Source of the DNA: Eledone cirrhosa
Taxonomy: Eukaryota
Length of the DNA: 64,000 nt
Reading direction: 5' to 3'
Assembly: GCA_964016885.1 (NCBI GenBank)
Contig: OZ024741.1
Span: forward strand, 257,796,001 to 257,860,000
Shown here: in pieces, positions 37,870-52,528 of the stretch
How positions within the stretch are numbered: the stretch's first letter is position 1
Layout of the letters: every line of letters begins with the position of its first letter
The notes under the pieces: model-generated
What the model was told of the DNA's origin: nothing
Database searches by the model: none
What the model saw: the letters and a program-made list of their open reading frames with translations, nothing else
Made by a program: the position numbers and the translations under genes

Positions 37870-40800
37870 GTGTTTCGATACGAGTGTTTCGACTTACGAG
37901 TGTTCTGACTTACGAGTGTTCTCATTTACGGATGTTTCGACACACGAGTGTTTCGAATTACGAGTGTTTCGACTTACGAGTGTTTTGACTTAGCGGTGTT
38001 TTGACATACGAGTGTTTCGATACGAGTGTTTCGACTTACGAGTGTTCTGACTTACGAGTGTTCTGACTTACGAGTGTTCTGACTTACGAGTGTTCTTACT
38101 TACGAGTGTTCCGACTTACGAGTGTTCCGACTTACGAGTGTTTCGGCTTACGAGTGTTTTGATTTACGAGTGTTTTGACTTACGGGTGCTTCGACTTTCG
38201 CGTGTTTCGACTTACGAGTGTTTCGACTTACGAGTGTTTCGACTTACGATTGTTTCGGCTTACGAGTGTTTTGACTTACGAGTGTTCTGACTACGAGTGT
38301 TCTGACTTACGGGTGTGCTGACTTACGAGTGTTCCGACTTACGAGTGTTTCGGCTTATGAGTGTTTCGACTTACGAGTGCTTCGACTTACGAGTGTTTCG
38401 GCTTACGGGTGTTTCGACTTACGAATGTTTTTGCTTACGAGTGTTTCGGCTTACGAGTGTTTAGGCTTATGAGTGTTTCGACTTACGAGTGTTTTGACTT
38501 ACGGGTGTTTTGACATACGAGTGTTTCGATACGAGTGTTCTGACTTACGAGTGTTTCCGCTTACGAGTGTTTCGGCTTACGAGTGTTTCGACTTACTAAT
38601 GTTTTTACTTACGAGTGTTTCGGTGTACGAGTGTTTCGACTTAAGGATGTTTCGACTTACGGGTGTTTCGGCTTACGAGTGTTTCGACTTACGAGTGTTT
38701 TGACTTACGAGTGTTCTGACTTACGAGTGTTCTGACTTATGAGTGTTCCGACTTACGAGTGTTCCGACTTACGAGTGTTTCGGCTTATGAGTGTTTCGAC
38801 TTACGGGCGTTTCGACTTACGGGTGTTTCGACTTACGAGTGTTTTGACTTACGAGTGTTCTGACTTACGAGTGTTCTGACTTACGAGTGTTCCGACTTAC
38901 GACTGTTTCGACTTACGAGTGTTTTGACTTACGAGTGTTCCGACTTACGAGTGTTTCGGCTTACGGGTGTTTCGACGTACGAGTATTTTTGGCTTATGAG
39001 TGTTTCGACTTACGAGTGTTTTGAATTACGATTGTTTCGGCTTACGAGTGTTTCGACTTATGAGTATTTCGACTTACGAGTGTTTCGGCTTACGAGTGTT
39101 TCGACTTACTAATGTTTTTACTTACGAGTGTTTCGGCGTACGAGAGTTTTGACTTACGAGTGTTTCGACTTACGAGTGTTTCGACTTACGAGTATTTTGA
39201 CTTACGAATGTTTTGACTTACGGGTGTTTCGGCTTACGAGTGTTTCGACTTACGAGTCTTTCGGCTTACGAGTGTTTCGATACGAGTGTTTCGACTTACG
39301 AGTGTTCTGACTTACGAGTGTTCTCATTTACGGATGTTTCGACACACGAGTGTTTCGAATTACGAGTGTTTCGACTTACGAGTGTTTTGACTTACGGGTG
39401 TTTTGACATACGAGTGTTTCGATACGAGTGTTTCGACTTACGAGTGTTCTGACTTACGAGTGTTCTGACTTACGAGTGTTCTGACTTACGAGTGTTCTTA
39501 CTTACGAGTGTTCCGACTTACGAGTGTTCCGACTTACGAGTGTTTCGGCTTACGAGTGTTTTGATTTACGAGTGTTTTGACTTACGGGTGCTTCGACTTA
39601 CGCGTGTTTCGACTTACGAGTGTTTCGATTTACGAGTGTTTCGACTTACGATTGTTTCGGCTTACGAGTGTTTTGACTTACGAGTGTTCTGACTACGAGT
39701 GTTCTGACTTACGGGTGTTCTGACTTACGAGTGTTCCGACTTACGAGTGTTTCGGCTTATGAGTGTTTCGACTTACGAGTGCTTCGACTTACGAGTGTTT
39801 CGGCTTACGGGTGTTTCGACTTACGAATGTTTTTGCTTACGAGTGTTTCGGCTTACGAGTTTTTAGGCTTATGAGTGTTTCGACTTACGAGTGTTTTGAC
39901 TTACGGGTGTTTTGACATACGAGTGTTTCGATACGAGTGTTCTGACTTACGAGTGTTTCCGCTTACGAGTGTTTCGGCTTACGAGTGTTTCGACTTACTA
40001 ATGTTTTTACTTACGAGTGTTTCGGTGTACGAGTGTTTCGACTTAAGGATGTTTCGACTTACGGGTGTTTCGGCTTACGAGTGTTTCGACTTACGAGTGT
40101 TTTGACTTACGAGTGTTCTGACTTACGAGTGTTCTGACTTATGAGTGTTCCGACTTACGAGTGTTCCGACTTACGAGTGTTTCGGCTTATGAGTGTTTCG
40201 ACTTACGGGCGTTTCGACTTACGGGTGTTTCGACTTACGAGTGTTTTGACTTACGAGTGTTCTGACTTACGAGTGTTCTGACTTACGAGTGTTCCGACTT
40301 ACGACTGTTTCGACTTACGAGTGTTTTGACTTACGAGTGTTCCGACTTACGAGTGTTTCGGCTTACGGGTGTTTCGACGTACGAGTATTTTTGGCTTATG
40401 AGTGTTTCGACTTACGAGTGTTTTGAATTACGATTGTTTCGGCTTACGAGTGTTTCGACTTATGAGTATTTCGACTTACGAGTGTTTTGACTTATGGGTG
40501 TTTGACATACGAGTGTTTCGATACGAATGCTCTGACTTACGAGTGTTCTGACTTACGAGTGTTCTGACTTACGAGTGTTCTGACTTACGGGTGTTCTGAC
40601 TTACGTGTGTTCCGACTTACGAGTGTTTCGGCTATGGGTGTTTCGACTTACGAGTGTTTCGACTTACTAATGTTTTGGCTTACGAGTGTTTCGGCTTACG
40701 AGTGTATCGACTTACGAATGTTTTGGCTTAAGAGTGTTTCGGCTTACGGGTGTTTCGACTTACGAGTGTTTCGACTTACGAGTGTTTTGACTTACGGTGT

Positions 40801-43530
40801 TTCGGCTTACGAGTTATTCGACATACGAGTGTTTCGACTTACGGGTGTTTCGACTTACGGGTGTTTCGACTTATGAGTGTTTCGACTTACGAGTGTTCTG
40901 ACTTACGAGTGTGCTGACTTACGAGTGTTCCGACTTACGAGTGTTTAGGTTTACGAGTGTTTCGACACATGAGTGTTTTGACTTACGGGTGTTTCGACTT
41001 ACGGGTGTTTCGACTTACGAGTGTTTCGGCTTACGAGTGTTTCGACTTACGAGTGTTTCGGCTTATGAGTGTTTCGACTTACGAGTGTTTCGGCTTACGA
41101 GTGTTTCACCTTATGGGTGTTTCGACTTACGAGTGTTTTTACTTATGGTGTTTCGGCTTCCGAGTGTTTCGACATACGAGTGTTTTGACTTACGGGTGTT
41201 TCGGCTTACGAGTGTTTCGACTTACGAGTGTTTCGGCTTACGAGTGTTTCGACTTACTAATGTTTTTACATACGAGTGTTTCGGCGTACGAGAGTTTTGA
41301 CTTACGAGTGTTTCGACTTACGAGTGTTTCGACTTACGAGTATTTTGACTTACGAATGTTTTGACTTACGGGTGTTTCGGCTTACGAGTGTTTCGACTTA
41401 CGAGTCTTTCGGCTTACGAGTGTTTCGATACGAGTGTTTCGACTTACGAGTGTTCTGACTTACGAGTGTTCTCATTTACGGATGTTTCGACACACGAGTG
41501 TTTCGAATTACGAGTGTTTCGACTTACGAGTGTTTTGACTTACGGGTGTTTTGACATACGAGTGTTTCGGCTTACGAGTGTTTTGATTTACGAGTGTTTT
41601 GACTTACGGGTGCTTCGACTTACGCGTGTTTCGACTTACGAGTGTTTCGACTTACGAGTGTTTCGACTTACGATTGTTTCGGCTTACGAGTGTTTTGACT
41701 TACGAGTGTTCTGACTACGAGTGTTCTGACTTACGGGTGTTCTGACTTACGAGTGTTCCGACTTACGAGTGTTTCGGCTTATGAGTGTTTTGACTTACGA
41801 GTGCTTCGACTTACGAGTGTTTCGGCTTACGGGTGTTTCGACTTATGAATGTTTTTGCTTACGAGTGTTTCGGCTTACGAGTGTTTAGGCTTATGAGTGT
41901 TTCGACTTACGAGTGTTTTGACTTACGGGTGTTTTGACATACGAGTGTTTCGATACGAGTGTTCTGACTTACGAGTGTTTCCGCTTACGAGTGTTTCGGC
42001 TTACGAGTGTTTCGACTTACTAATGTTTTTACTTACGAGTGTTTCGGTGTACGAGTGTTTCGACTTAAGGATGTTTCGACTTACGGGTGTTTCGGCTTAC
42101 GAGTGTTTCGACTTACGAGTGTTTTGACTTACGAGTGTTCTGACTTACGAGTGTTCTGACTTATGAGTGTTCCGACTTACGAGTGTTCCGACTTACGAGT
42201 GTTTCGGCTTATGAGTGTTTCGACTTACGGGCGTTTCGACTTACGGGTGTTTCGACTTACGAGTGTTTTGACTTACGAGTGTTCTGACTTACGAGTGTTC
42301 TGACTTACGAGTGTTCCGACTTACGACTGTTTCGACTTACGAGTGTTTTGACTTAAGAGTGTTCCGACTTACGAGTGTTTAGGCTTACGGGTGTTTCGAC
42401 GTACGAGTATTTTTGGCTTATGAGTGTTTCGACTTACGAGTGTTTTGAATTACGATTGTTTCGGCTTACGAGTGTTTCGACTTATGAGTATTTCGACTTA
42501 CGAGTGTTTTGACTTATGGGTGTTTGACATACGAGTGTTTCGATACGAATGCTCTGACTTACGAGTGTTCTGACTTACGAGTGTTCTGACTTACGAGTGT
42601 TCTGACTTACGGGTGTTCTGACTTACGTGTGTTCCGACTTACGAGTGTTTCGGCTATGGGTGTTTCGACTTACGAGTGTTTCGACTTACTAATGTTTTGG
42701 CTTACGAGTGTTTCGGCTTACGAGTGTATCGACTTACGAATGTTTTGGCTTAAGAGTGTTTCGGCTTACGGGTGTTTCGACTTACGAGTGTTTCGACTTA
42801 CGAGTGTTTTGACTTACGGTGTTTCGGCTTACGAGTTATTCGACATACGAGTGTTTCGACTTACGGGTGTTTCGACTTACGGGTGTTTCGACTTATGAGT
42901 GTTTCGACTTACGAGTGTTCTGACTTACGAGTGTGCTGACTTACGAGTGTTCCGACTTACGAGTGTTTAGGTTTACGAGTGTTTCGACACATGAGTGTTT
43001 TGACTTACGGGTGTTTCGACTTACGGGTGTTTCGACTTACGAGTGTTTCGGCTTACGAGTGTTTCGACTTACTAATGTTTTTACTTACGAGTGTTTCGGC
43101 GTACGAGAGTTTTGACTTACGAGTGTTTCGACTTACGAGTGTTTCGACTTACGAGTGTTTCGGCTTATGAGTGTTTCGACTTACGAGTGTTTCGGCTTAC
43201 GAGTGTTTCACCTTATGGGTGTTTCGACTTACGAGTGTTTTTACTTATGGTGTTTCGGCTTCCGAGTGTTTCGACATACGAGTGTTTTGACTTACGGGTG
43301 TTTCGGCTTACGAGTGTTTCGACTTACGAGTGTTTCGGCTTACGAGTGTTTCGACTTACTAATGTTTTTACTTACGAGTGTTTCGGCGTACGAGAGTTTT
43401 GACTTACGAGTGTTTCGACTTACGAGTGTTTCGACTTACGAGTATTTTGACTTACGAATGTTTTGACTTACGGGTGTTTCGGCTTACGAGTGTTTCGACT
43501 TACGAGTCTTTCGGCTTACGAGTGTTTCGG
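37870..43530 (+). repeat. Nested 1.4-2.1-kb higher-order duplications in an island-free tract
   Basis: Offsets 1402 (38090/39492, 38473/39875), 2022 (39875/41897, 40607/42629) and 2148 (39128/41276). Boundaries approximate. Confidence 0.82.
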
Positions 43531-43553
43531 CTCACGAGTGTTTCGACTTACGA

Positions 43554-43622
43554 AAATAACAAATAGACGCGGTTTCAAATCTCTATGCTTTTCAAATTCA
43601 TTACATTAATCTTTATTTATAC
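43554..43622 (+). repeat. 69-bp AT-rich island, copy 16 (context B)
   Basis: Matches island consensus. Confidence 0.97.
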
Positions 43623-44465
43623 GTTTCGCTTTACGAGTGTTTCGACTTACGAGTGTTTCGACTTACGAGTGTTTCGGCTTACGAGTGTTTTGACTTACGA
43701 GTGTTTTGACTTACATGTGTTTCGACTTACGCGTGTTTCGACTTACGAGTGTTTCGACTTGCGAGTGTTTCGACTACGGGTGTTTCGACTTACGAATGTT
43801 TTGACTTACGGATGTTTTGACTTACGGGTGTTTCGGCTTACGAGTGTTTCGACTTACGAGTCTTTCGGCTTACGAGTGTTTCGACTTACTAATGTTTTTA
43901 CTTACGAGTGTTTCGGCGTACGAGTGTTTCGACTTACGAGTGTTTCGACTTACGGGTGTTTTGACTTACGGGTGTTTCGGCTTACGAGTGATTTGACTTA
44001 AGGGTGTTTCGACTTACGAGTATTTTGGGCTTACGAGTGTTTTGACTTACGAGTGTTTTGACTTACGAGTGTTCTGATTTACGGATGTTTCGACATACGA
44101 GTGTTCAGACTTACGAGTGTTCCGACTTACGAGTGTTTCGGCTTACGAGTGTTTCGGCTCACGAGTGTTTCGACTTACGAGTGTTTCGACTTACGAGTGT
44201 TTTGACTTACGGTGTTTCGGCTTACGAGTGTTTCGACTTACGAGTGTTTTGACTTACGAGTGTTCTAACTTACGAGTGTTCTGACTTACGAGTGTTCTGA
44301 CTTACGAGTGTTTCGATACGAGTGTTTCGACTTACGAGTGTTCTGACTTACGAGTGTTCTAACTTACGAGTGTTCTGACTTACGAGTGTTCTGACTTACG
44401 AGTGTTCCGACTTACGAGTGTTTCGGCTCACGAGTGTTTCGGCTTACGAGTGTTTAGACTTACGA

Positions 44466-44534
44466 AAATAACAAATAGACGCGGTTTCAAATCTCTATGC
44501 TTTTCAAATTCATTACATTAATCTTTATTTATAC
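44466..44534 (+). repeat. 69-bp AT-rich island, copy 17 (context B)
   Basis: Matches island consensus. Confidence 0.97.
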
Positions 44535-45296
44535 GTTTCGCTTTACGAGTGTTTCGACTTACGAGTGTTTCGACTTACGAGTGTTTCGGCTTACGAGTGT
44601 TTTGACTTACGAGTGTTTTGACTTACATGTGTTTCGACTTACGCGTGTTTCGACTTACGAGTGTTTCGACTTGCGAGTGTTTCGACTACGGGTGTTTCGA
44701 CTTACGAATGTTTTGACTTACGGATGTTTTGACTTACGGGTGTTTCGGCTTACGAGTGTTTCGACTTACGAGTGTTTCGACTTACGAGTGTTTTGACTTA
44801 CGAGTGTTTTGACTTACGGTGTTTCGGCTTACGAGTGTTTCGGCTTACGAGTGTTTTGACTTAAGGGTGTTTCGACTTACGAGTATTTTGGGCTTACGAG
44901 TGTTTCGACTTACGAGTGTTTTGACTTACGAGTGTTCTGATTTACGGATGTTTCGACATACGAGTGTTCAGACTTACGAGTGTTCCGACTTACGAGTGTT
45001 TCGGCTTACGAGTGTTTCGGCTCACGAGTGTTTCGACTTACGAGTGTTTCGACTTACGAGTGTTTTGACTTACGGTGTTTCGGCTTACGAGTGTTTCGAC
45101 TTACGAGTGTTTTGACTTACTGGTGTTATGACATACGAGTGTTTCGATACGAGTGTTTCGACTTACGAGTGTTCTGACTTACGAGTGTTCTAACTTACGA
45201 GTGTTCTGACTTACGAGTGTTCTGACTTACGAGTGTTCCGACTTACGAGTGTTTCGGCTCACGAGTGTTTCGGCTTACGAGTGTTTCGACTTACGA

Positions 45297-45365
45297 AAAT
45301 AACAAATAGACGCGGTTTCAAATCTCTATGCTTTTCAAATTCATTACATTAATCTTTATTTATAC
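45297..45365 (+). repeat. 69-bp AT-rich island, copy 18 (context B)
   Basis: Matches island consensus. Confidence 0.97.
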
Positions 45366-48300
45366 GTTTCGCTTTACGAGTGTTTCGACTTACGAGTGTT
45401 TCGGCTTACGAGTGTTTTGACTTACGAGTGTTTTGACTTACATGTGTTTCGACTTACGCGTGTTTCGACTTACGAGTGTTTCGACTTAAGAGTGTTTCGG
45501 ATTACGAGTGTTTTGACTTGAGGGTGTTTCGACTTACGAGTGTTTCGATACGAGTGTTTCGACTTACGAGTGTTCTGACTTACGAGTGTTCTGATTTACG
45601 GATGTTTCGACACACGAGTGTTTCGAATTACGAGTGTTTCGACTTACGAGTGTTTTGACTTACGGGTGTTTTGACATACGAGTGTTTCGATACGAGTGTT
45701 TCGACTTACGAGTGTTCTGACTTACGAGTGTTCTGACTTACGAGTGTTGTAACTTACGAGTGTTCTTACTTACGAGTGTTCCGACTTACGAGTGTTCCGA
45801 CTTACGAGTGTTTCGGCTTACGAGTGTTTTAATTTACGAGTGTTTTGACTTACGGGTGCTTCGACTTACGCGTGTTTCGACTTACGAGTGTTTCGACTTA
45901 CGTGTGTTTCGACTTACGATTGTTTCGGCTTACGAGTGTTTTGACTTACGAGTGTTCTGACTACGAGTGTTCTGACTTACGGGTGTTCTGACTTACGAGT
46001 GTTCCGACTTACGAGTGTTTCGGCTTATGAGTGTTTCGACTTACGAGTGCTTCGACTTACGAGTGTTTCGGCTTACGGGTGTTTCGACTTACGAATGTTT
46101 TTGCTTACGAGTGTTTCGGCTTACGAGTGTTTAGGCTTATGAGTGTTTCGACTTACGAGTGTTTTGACTTACGGGTGTTTTGACATACGAGTGTTTCGAT
46201 ACGAGTGTTCTGACTTACGAGTGTTTCCGCTTACGAGTGTTTCGGCTTACGAGTGATTCGACTTACTAATGTTTTTACTTATGAGTGTTTCGGTGTACGA
46301 GTGTTTCGACTTAAGGATGTTTCGACTTACGGGTGTTTCGGCTTACGAGTGTTTCGACTTACGAGTGTTTTGACTTACGAGTGTTCTGACTTACGAGTGT
46401 TCTGACTTATGAGTGTTCCGACTTACGAGTGTTCCGACTTACGAGTGTTTCGGCTTATGAGTGTTTCGACTTACGGGCGTTTCGACTTACGGGTGTTTCG
46501 ACTTACGAGTGTTTTGACTTACGAGTGTTCTGACTTACGAGTGTTTTGACTTACGAGTGTTCCGACTTACGAGTGTTTCGGCTTACGGGTGTTTCGACGT
46601 ACGAGTATTTTTGGCTTACGAGTGTTTCGACTTACGAGTGTTTTGAATTACGATTGTTTCGGCTTACGAGTGTTTCGACTTACGATTGTTTCGGCTTACG
46701 AGTGTTTTGACTTACGAGTGTCCTGACTACGAGTGTTCTGACTTACGGGTGTTCTGACTTACGAGTGTTCCGACTTACGAGTGTTTCGGCTTATGAGTGT
46801 TTCGACTTACGAGTGCTTCGACTTACGAGTGTTTCGGCTTACGGGTGTTTCGACTTACGAATGTTTTTGCTTACGAGTGTTTCGGCTTACGAGTGTTTAG
46901 GCTTATGAGTGTTTCGACTTACGAGTGTTTTGACTTACGGGTGTTTTGACATACGAGTGTTTCGATACGAGTGTTCTGACTTACGAGTGTTTCCGCTTAC
47001 GAGTGTTTCGGCTTACGAGTGTTTCGACTTACTAATGTTTTTACTTACGAGTGTTTCGGTGTACGAGTGTTTCGACTTAAGGATGTTTCGACTTACGGGT
47101 GTTTCGGCTTACGAGTGTTTCGACTTACGAGTGTTTTGACTTACGAGTGTTCTGACTTACGAGTGTTCTGACTTATGAGTGTTCCGACTTACGAGTGTTC
47201 CGACTTACGAGTGTTTCGGCTTATGAGTGTTTCGACTTACGGGCGTTTCAACTTACGGGTGTTTCGACTTACGAGTGTTTTGACTTACGAGTGTTCTGAC
47301 TTACGAGTGTTCTGACTTACGAGTGTTCCGACTTACGACTGTTTCGACTTACGAGTGTTTTGACTTACGAGTGTTCCGACTTACGAGTGTTTCGGCTTAC
47401 GGGTGTTTCGACGTACGAGTATTTTTGGCTTACGAGTGTTTCGACTTACGAGTGTTTTGAATTACGATTGTTTCGGCTTACGAGTGTTTCGACTTACGAG
47501 TATTTCGACTTACGAGTGTTTTGACTTATGGGTGTTTGACATACGAGTGTTTCGATACGAATGCTCTGACCTACGAGTGTTCTGACTTACGAGTGTTCTG
47601 ACTTACGAGTGTTCTGACTTACGGGTGTTCTGACTTACGTGTGTTCCGACTTACGAGTGTTTCGGCTATGGGTGTTTCGACTTACGAGTGTTTCGACTTA
47701 CGAATGTTTTGGCTTACGAGTGTATCGACTTACGAATGTTTTGGCTTACGAGTGTTTCGGCTTACGGGTGTTTCGACTTACGAGTGTTTCGACTTACGAG
47801 TGTTTTGACTTACGGTGTTTCGGCTTATGAGTTATTCGACATACGAGTGTTTCGACTTACGGGTGTTTCGACTTACGGGTGTTTCGACTTATGAGTGTTT
47901 CGACTTACGAGTGTTCTGACTTACGAGTGTGCTGACTTACGAGTGTTCCGACTTACGAGTGTTTAGGTTTACGAGTGTTTCGACACATGAGTGTTTTGAC
48001 TTACGGGTGTTTCGACTTACGGGTGTTTCGACTTACGAGTGTTTCGGCTTACGAGTGTTTCGACTTACTAATGTTTTTACTTACGAGTGTTTCGGTGTAC
48101 GAGTGTTTCGACTTAAGGATGTTTCGATTTACGAGTGTTTCGACTTACGAGTGTTTCGGCTTACGTGAGTTTCGACTTAAGAGTGTTCTGATTTACGAGT
48201 GTTCTGACTTGCGGGTGTTCTGATTTACGAGTGTTCCGACTTACGAGTGTTTCGGCTTATGAGTGTTTCGACTTACGAGTGTTTCGGCTTACGAGTGTTT

Positions 48301-49058
48301 CACCTTATGGCTGTTTCGACTTACGAGTGTTTTTACTTATGGTGTTTCGGCTTCCGAGTGTTTCGACATACGAGTGTTTTGACTTACGGGTGTTTCGGCT
48401 TACGAGTGTTTCGACTTACGAGTGTTTCGGCTTACGAGTGTTTCGACTTACTAATGTTTTTACTTACGAGTGTTTCGGCGTACGAGAGTTTTGACTTACG
48501 AGTGTTTCGACTTACGAGTGTTTCGACTTACGAGTATTTTGACTTACGAATGTTTTGACTTACGGGTGTTTCGGCTTACGAGTGTTTCGACTTACGAGTC
48601 TTTCGGCTTACGAGTGTTTCGACTTACTAATGTTTTTACTTACGAGTGTTTCGGCGTACGAGTGTTTCGACTTACGAGTGTTTTGACTTACGAGTGTTCT
48701 GACTTACGGATGTTTCGACATACGAGTGTTCAGACTTACGAGTGTTCCGACTTACGAGTGTTTCGGCTTACGAGTGTTTCGGCTCACGAGTGTTTAGACT
48801 TACGAGTATTTCGACTTACGAGTGTTTTGACTTACGGTGTTTCGGCTTACGAGTGTTTCGACTTACGAGTGTTTTGACTTATTGGTGTTATGACATACGA
48901 GTGTTTCGATACGAGTGTTTCGACTTACGAGTGTTCTGACTTACGAGTGTTCTAACTTACGAGTGTTCTGACTTACGAGTGTTCTGACTTACGAGTGTTC
49001 CGACTTACGAGTGTTTCGGCTCACGAGTGTTTCGGCTTACGAGTGTTTCGACTTACGA

Positions 49059-49127
49059 AAATAACAAATAGACGCGGTTTCAAATCTCTATGCTTTTCAA
49101 ATTCATTACATTAATCTTTATTTATAC
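49059..49127 (+). repeat. 69-bp AT-rich island, copy 19 (context B)
   Basis: Matches island consensus. Confidence 0.97.
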
Positions 49128-49713
49128 GTTTCGCTTTACGAGTGTTTTGACTTACGAGTGTTTCGACTTACGAGTGTTTCGGCTTACGAGTGTTTTGACT
49201 TACGAGTGTTTTGACTTACATGTGTTTCGACTTACGCGTGTTTCGACTTACGAGTGTTTCGACTTGCGAGTGTTTCGACTACGGGTGTTTCGACTTACGA
49301 ATGTTTTGACTTACGGATGTTTTGACTTACGGGTGTTTCGGCTTACGAGTGTTTCGACTTACGAGTGTTTGGACTTACGAGCGTTTTGACTTACGGGTGT
49401 TTTGACTTACGGTGTTTCGGCTTACGAGTGTTTCGACTTACGAGTGTTTCGACTTACGGGTGTTTTGACATACGAGTGTTTCGATACGAATGGTCTGACT
49501 TACGAGTGTTCTGATTTACGAGTGTTCTGACTTACGAGTGTTCTGACTTACGAGTGTTCTGACATACGTGTGTTCTGACTTACGAGTGTTCCGATTTACG
49601 AGTGTTTCGGCTTATGAGTGTTTCAACTCACGTATGTTTTTGCTTACGGGTGTTTCGATTTACGAATGTTTTTGCTTACGAGTGTTTCGGCTTACGAGTG
49701 TTTCGACTTACGA

Positions 49714-49782
49714 AAATAACAAATAGACGCGGTTTCAAATCTCTATGCTTTTCAAATTCATTACATTAATCTTTATTTACAC
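49714..49782 (+). repeat. 69-bp AT-rich island, copy 20 (context C)
   Basis: Ends TTTACAC. Confidence 0.97.
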
Positions 49783-50607
49783 GTTTCGCTTTACGAGTGT
49801 TTCGGCTTACGAGTGTTTCGACTTACGAGTGTTTCGACTTACGAGTGTTTCGGCTTACGAGTGTTTTGACTTACGAGTGTTCTGACTACGAGTGTTCTGA
49901 CTTACGAGTGTTTCGGCTTATGAGTGTTTCGACTCACGAGTGTTTCGGCTTATGAGTGTTTCGACTTACGAGTGTTTCGGCTTACGAGTGTTTCGACTTA
50001 CGAGTGTTTCGACTTACGAGTGTTTCGACTTACGGGTGTTTCGACTTACGAGTGTTTCGACTACGAGTGTTTCGACTTACGAGTGTTTCGGCTTACGAGT
50101 GTTTCGACATACGGGTGTTTCGACTTACGGTGTTTCGGCTTACGAGTGTTTCGACTTACGAGTGTTCTGACTTACGAGTGTTCTGAATTATGAGTGTTCT
50201 GATTTACGAGTGTTCTGACTTACGAGTGTTCCGACTTACGAGTGTTTCGGCTTACGAGTGTTTCGGCTTACGAGTGTTTCGACTTACGAATGTTTCGACT
50301 TACGAGTGTTTCGACTTACGAGTGTTTAGACTTACGAGTGTTTTGACTTACGGTGTTTCGGCTTACGAGTGTTTCGACTTACGAGTGTTTTGACTTAATT
50401 GGTGTTTTGACATAAGAGTGTTTCGATACGAGTGTTTCGACTTACGAGTGTTCTGACTTACGAGTGTTCTGACTTACGAGTGTTCTGACTTACGAGTGTT
50501 CTAACTTACGAGTGTTCTGACTTACGAGTGTTCTGACTTACAAGTGTTCCGACTTACGAGTGTTTCGGCTCACCAGTGTTTCGGCTTACGAGTGTTTCGA
50601 CTTACGA

Positions 50608-50676
50608 AAATAACAAATAGACGCGGTTTCAAATCTCTATGCTTTTCAAATTCATTACATTAATCTTTATTTATAC
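50608..50676 (+). repeat. 69-bp AT-rich island, copy 21 (context B)
   Basis: Matches island consensus. Confidence 0.97.
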
Positions 50677-51405
50677 GTTTCGCTTTACGAGTGTTTCGAC
50701 TTACGAGTGTTTCGACTTACGAGTGTTTCGGCTGACGATTGTTTTGACTTACGAGTGTTTTGACTTACATGTGTTTCGACTTACGCGTGTTTCGACTTAC
50801 GAGTGTTTCGACTTGCGAGTGTTTCGACTACGGGTGTTTCGACTTACGAATGTTTTGACTTACGGATGTTTTGACTTACGGGTGTTTCGGCTTACGAGTG
50901 TTTCGACTTACGAGTGTTCTGACTTACGAGTGTTCTGACTTACGGGTGTTCTGACTCACGAGTGTTCCGACTTACGAGTGTTTCGGCTTAAGAGTGTTTC
51001 GGATTACGAGTGCTTCGACTTACGAGTGTTTCGGCTTACGAGTGTTTCGACTTACGAGTGTTCTGACTACGAGTGTTCTGACTTACGAATGTTTTGACTT
51101 ACGGATGTTTTGACTTACGGGTGTTTCGGCTTACGAGTGTTTCGACTTACGAGTGTTTCGACTTACGAGTGTTTTGACTTACGAGTGTTTTGACTTACGG
51201 TGTTTCGGCTTACGAGTGTTTCGACTTACGAGTGTTTCGACTTACGGGTGTTTTGACATACGAGTGTTTCGATACGAGTGTTCTGACTTACGAGTGTTCT
51301 GACTTACGAGTGTTCTGACTTACGAGTGTTCTGACTTACGAGTGTTCTGACATACGTGTGTTCTGACTTACGAGTGTTCCGATTTACGAGTGTTTCGACT
51401 TACGA

Positions 51406-51474
51406 AAATAACAAATAGACGCGGTTTCAAATCTCTATGCTTTTCAAATTCATTACATTAATCTTTATTTACAC
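51406..51474 (+). repeat. 69-bp AT-rich island, copy 22 (context C)
   Basis: Ends TTTACAC, followed by GTGTCGCTTTACG. Confidence 0.97.
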
Positions 51475-52459
51475 GTGTCGCTTTACGAGTGTTTGGACTT
51501 ACGAGTGTTTCGACTTACGAGTGTTTCGACTTACGAGTGTTTCGACTTACGAGTGTTCTGACTTACGAGTGTTCTGACTTACGAGTGTTTCGACTTACGA
51601 GTGTTCTGACTTACGAGTGTTCTGACTTACGAGTGTTCCGACTTACGAGTGTTTCGACTTACGAGTGTTTCGACTTACGAGTGTTTCGACTTACGAGTGT
51701 TTCGGCTTACGAGTGTTTTGACTTACGAGTGTTCTGACTACGAGTGTTCTGACTTACGAGTGTTTCGGCTTATGAGTGTTTCGACTCAGGAGTGTTTCGG
51801 CTTATGAGTGTTTCGACTTACGAGTGTTTCGGCTTACGAGTGTTTCGACTTACGAGTGTTTCGACTTACGAGTGTTTCGACTTACGGGTGTTTCGACTTA
51901 CGAGTGTTTCGACTACGAGTGTTTCGACTTACGAGTGTTTCGGCTTACGAGTGTTTCGACATACGGGTGTTTCGACTTACGGTGTTTCGGCTTACGAGTG
52001 TTTCGACTTACGAGTGTTCTGACTTACGAGTGTTCTGAATTATGAGTGTTCTGATTTACGAGTGTTCTGACTTACGAGTGTTCCGACTTACGAGTGTTTC
52101 GGCTTACGAGTGTTTCGGCTTACGAGTGTTTCGACTTACGAATGTTTCGACTTACGAGTGTTTCGACTTACGAGTGTTTAGACATACGAGTGTTTTGACT
52201 TACGGTGTTTCGGCTTACGAGTGTTTCGACTTACGAGTGTTTTGACTTAATTGGTGTTTTGACATAAGAGTGTTTCGATACGAGTGTTTCGACTTACGAG
52301 TGTTCTGATTTACGAGTGTTCTGACTTACGAGTGTTCTGACTTACGAGTGTTCTAACTTACGAGTGTTCTGACTTACGAGTGTTCTGACTTACGAGTGTT
52401 CCGACTTACGAGTGTTTCGGCTCACCAGTGTTTCGGCTTACGAGTGTTTCGACTTACGA

Positions 52460-52528
52460 AAATAACAAATAGACGCGGTTTCAAATCTCTATGCTTTTCA
52501 AATTCATTACATTAATCTGTATTTACAC
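52460..52528 (+). repeat. 69-bp AT-rich island, copy 23 (chimeric B/C context)
   Basis: AATCTGTATTTACAC end; B-type upstream flank, C-type downstream flank. Confidence 0.96.
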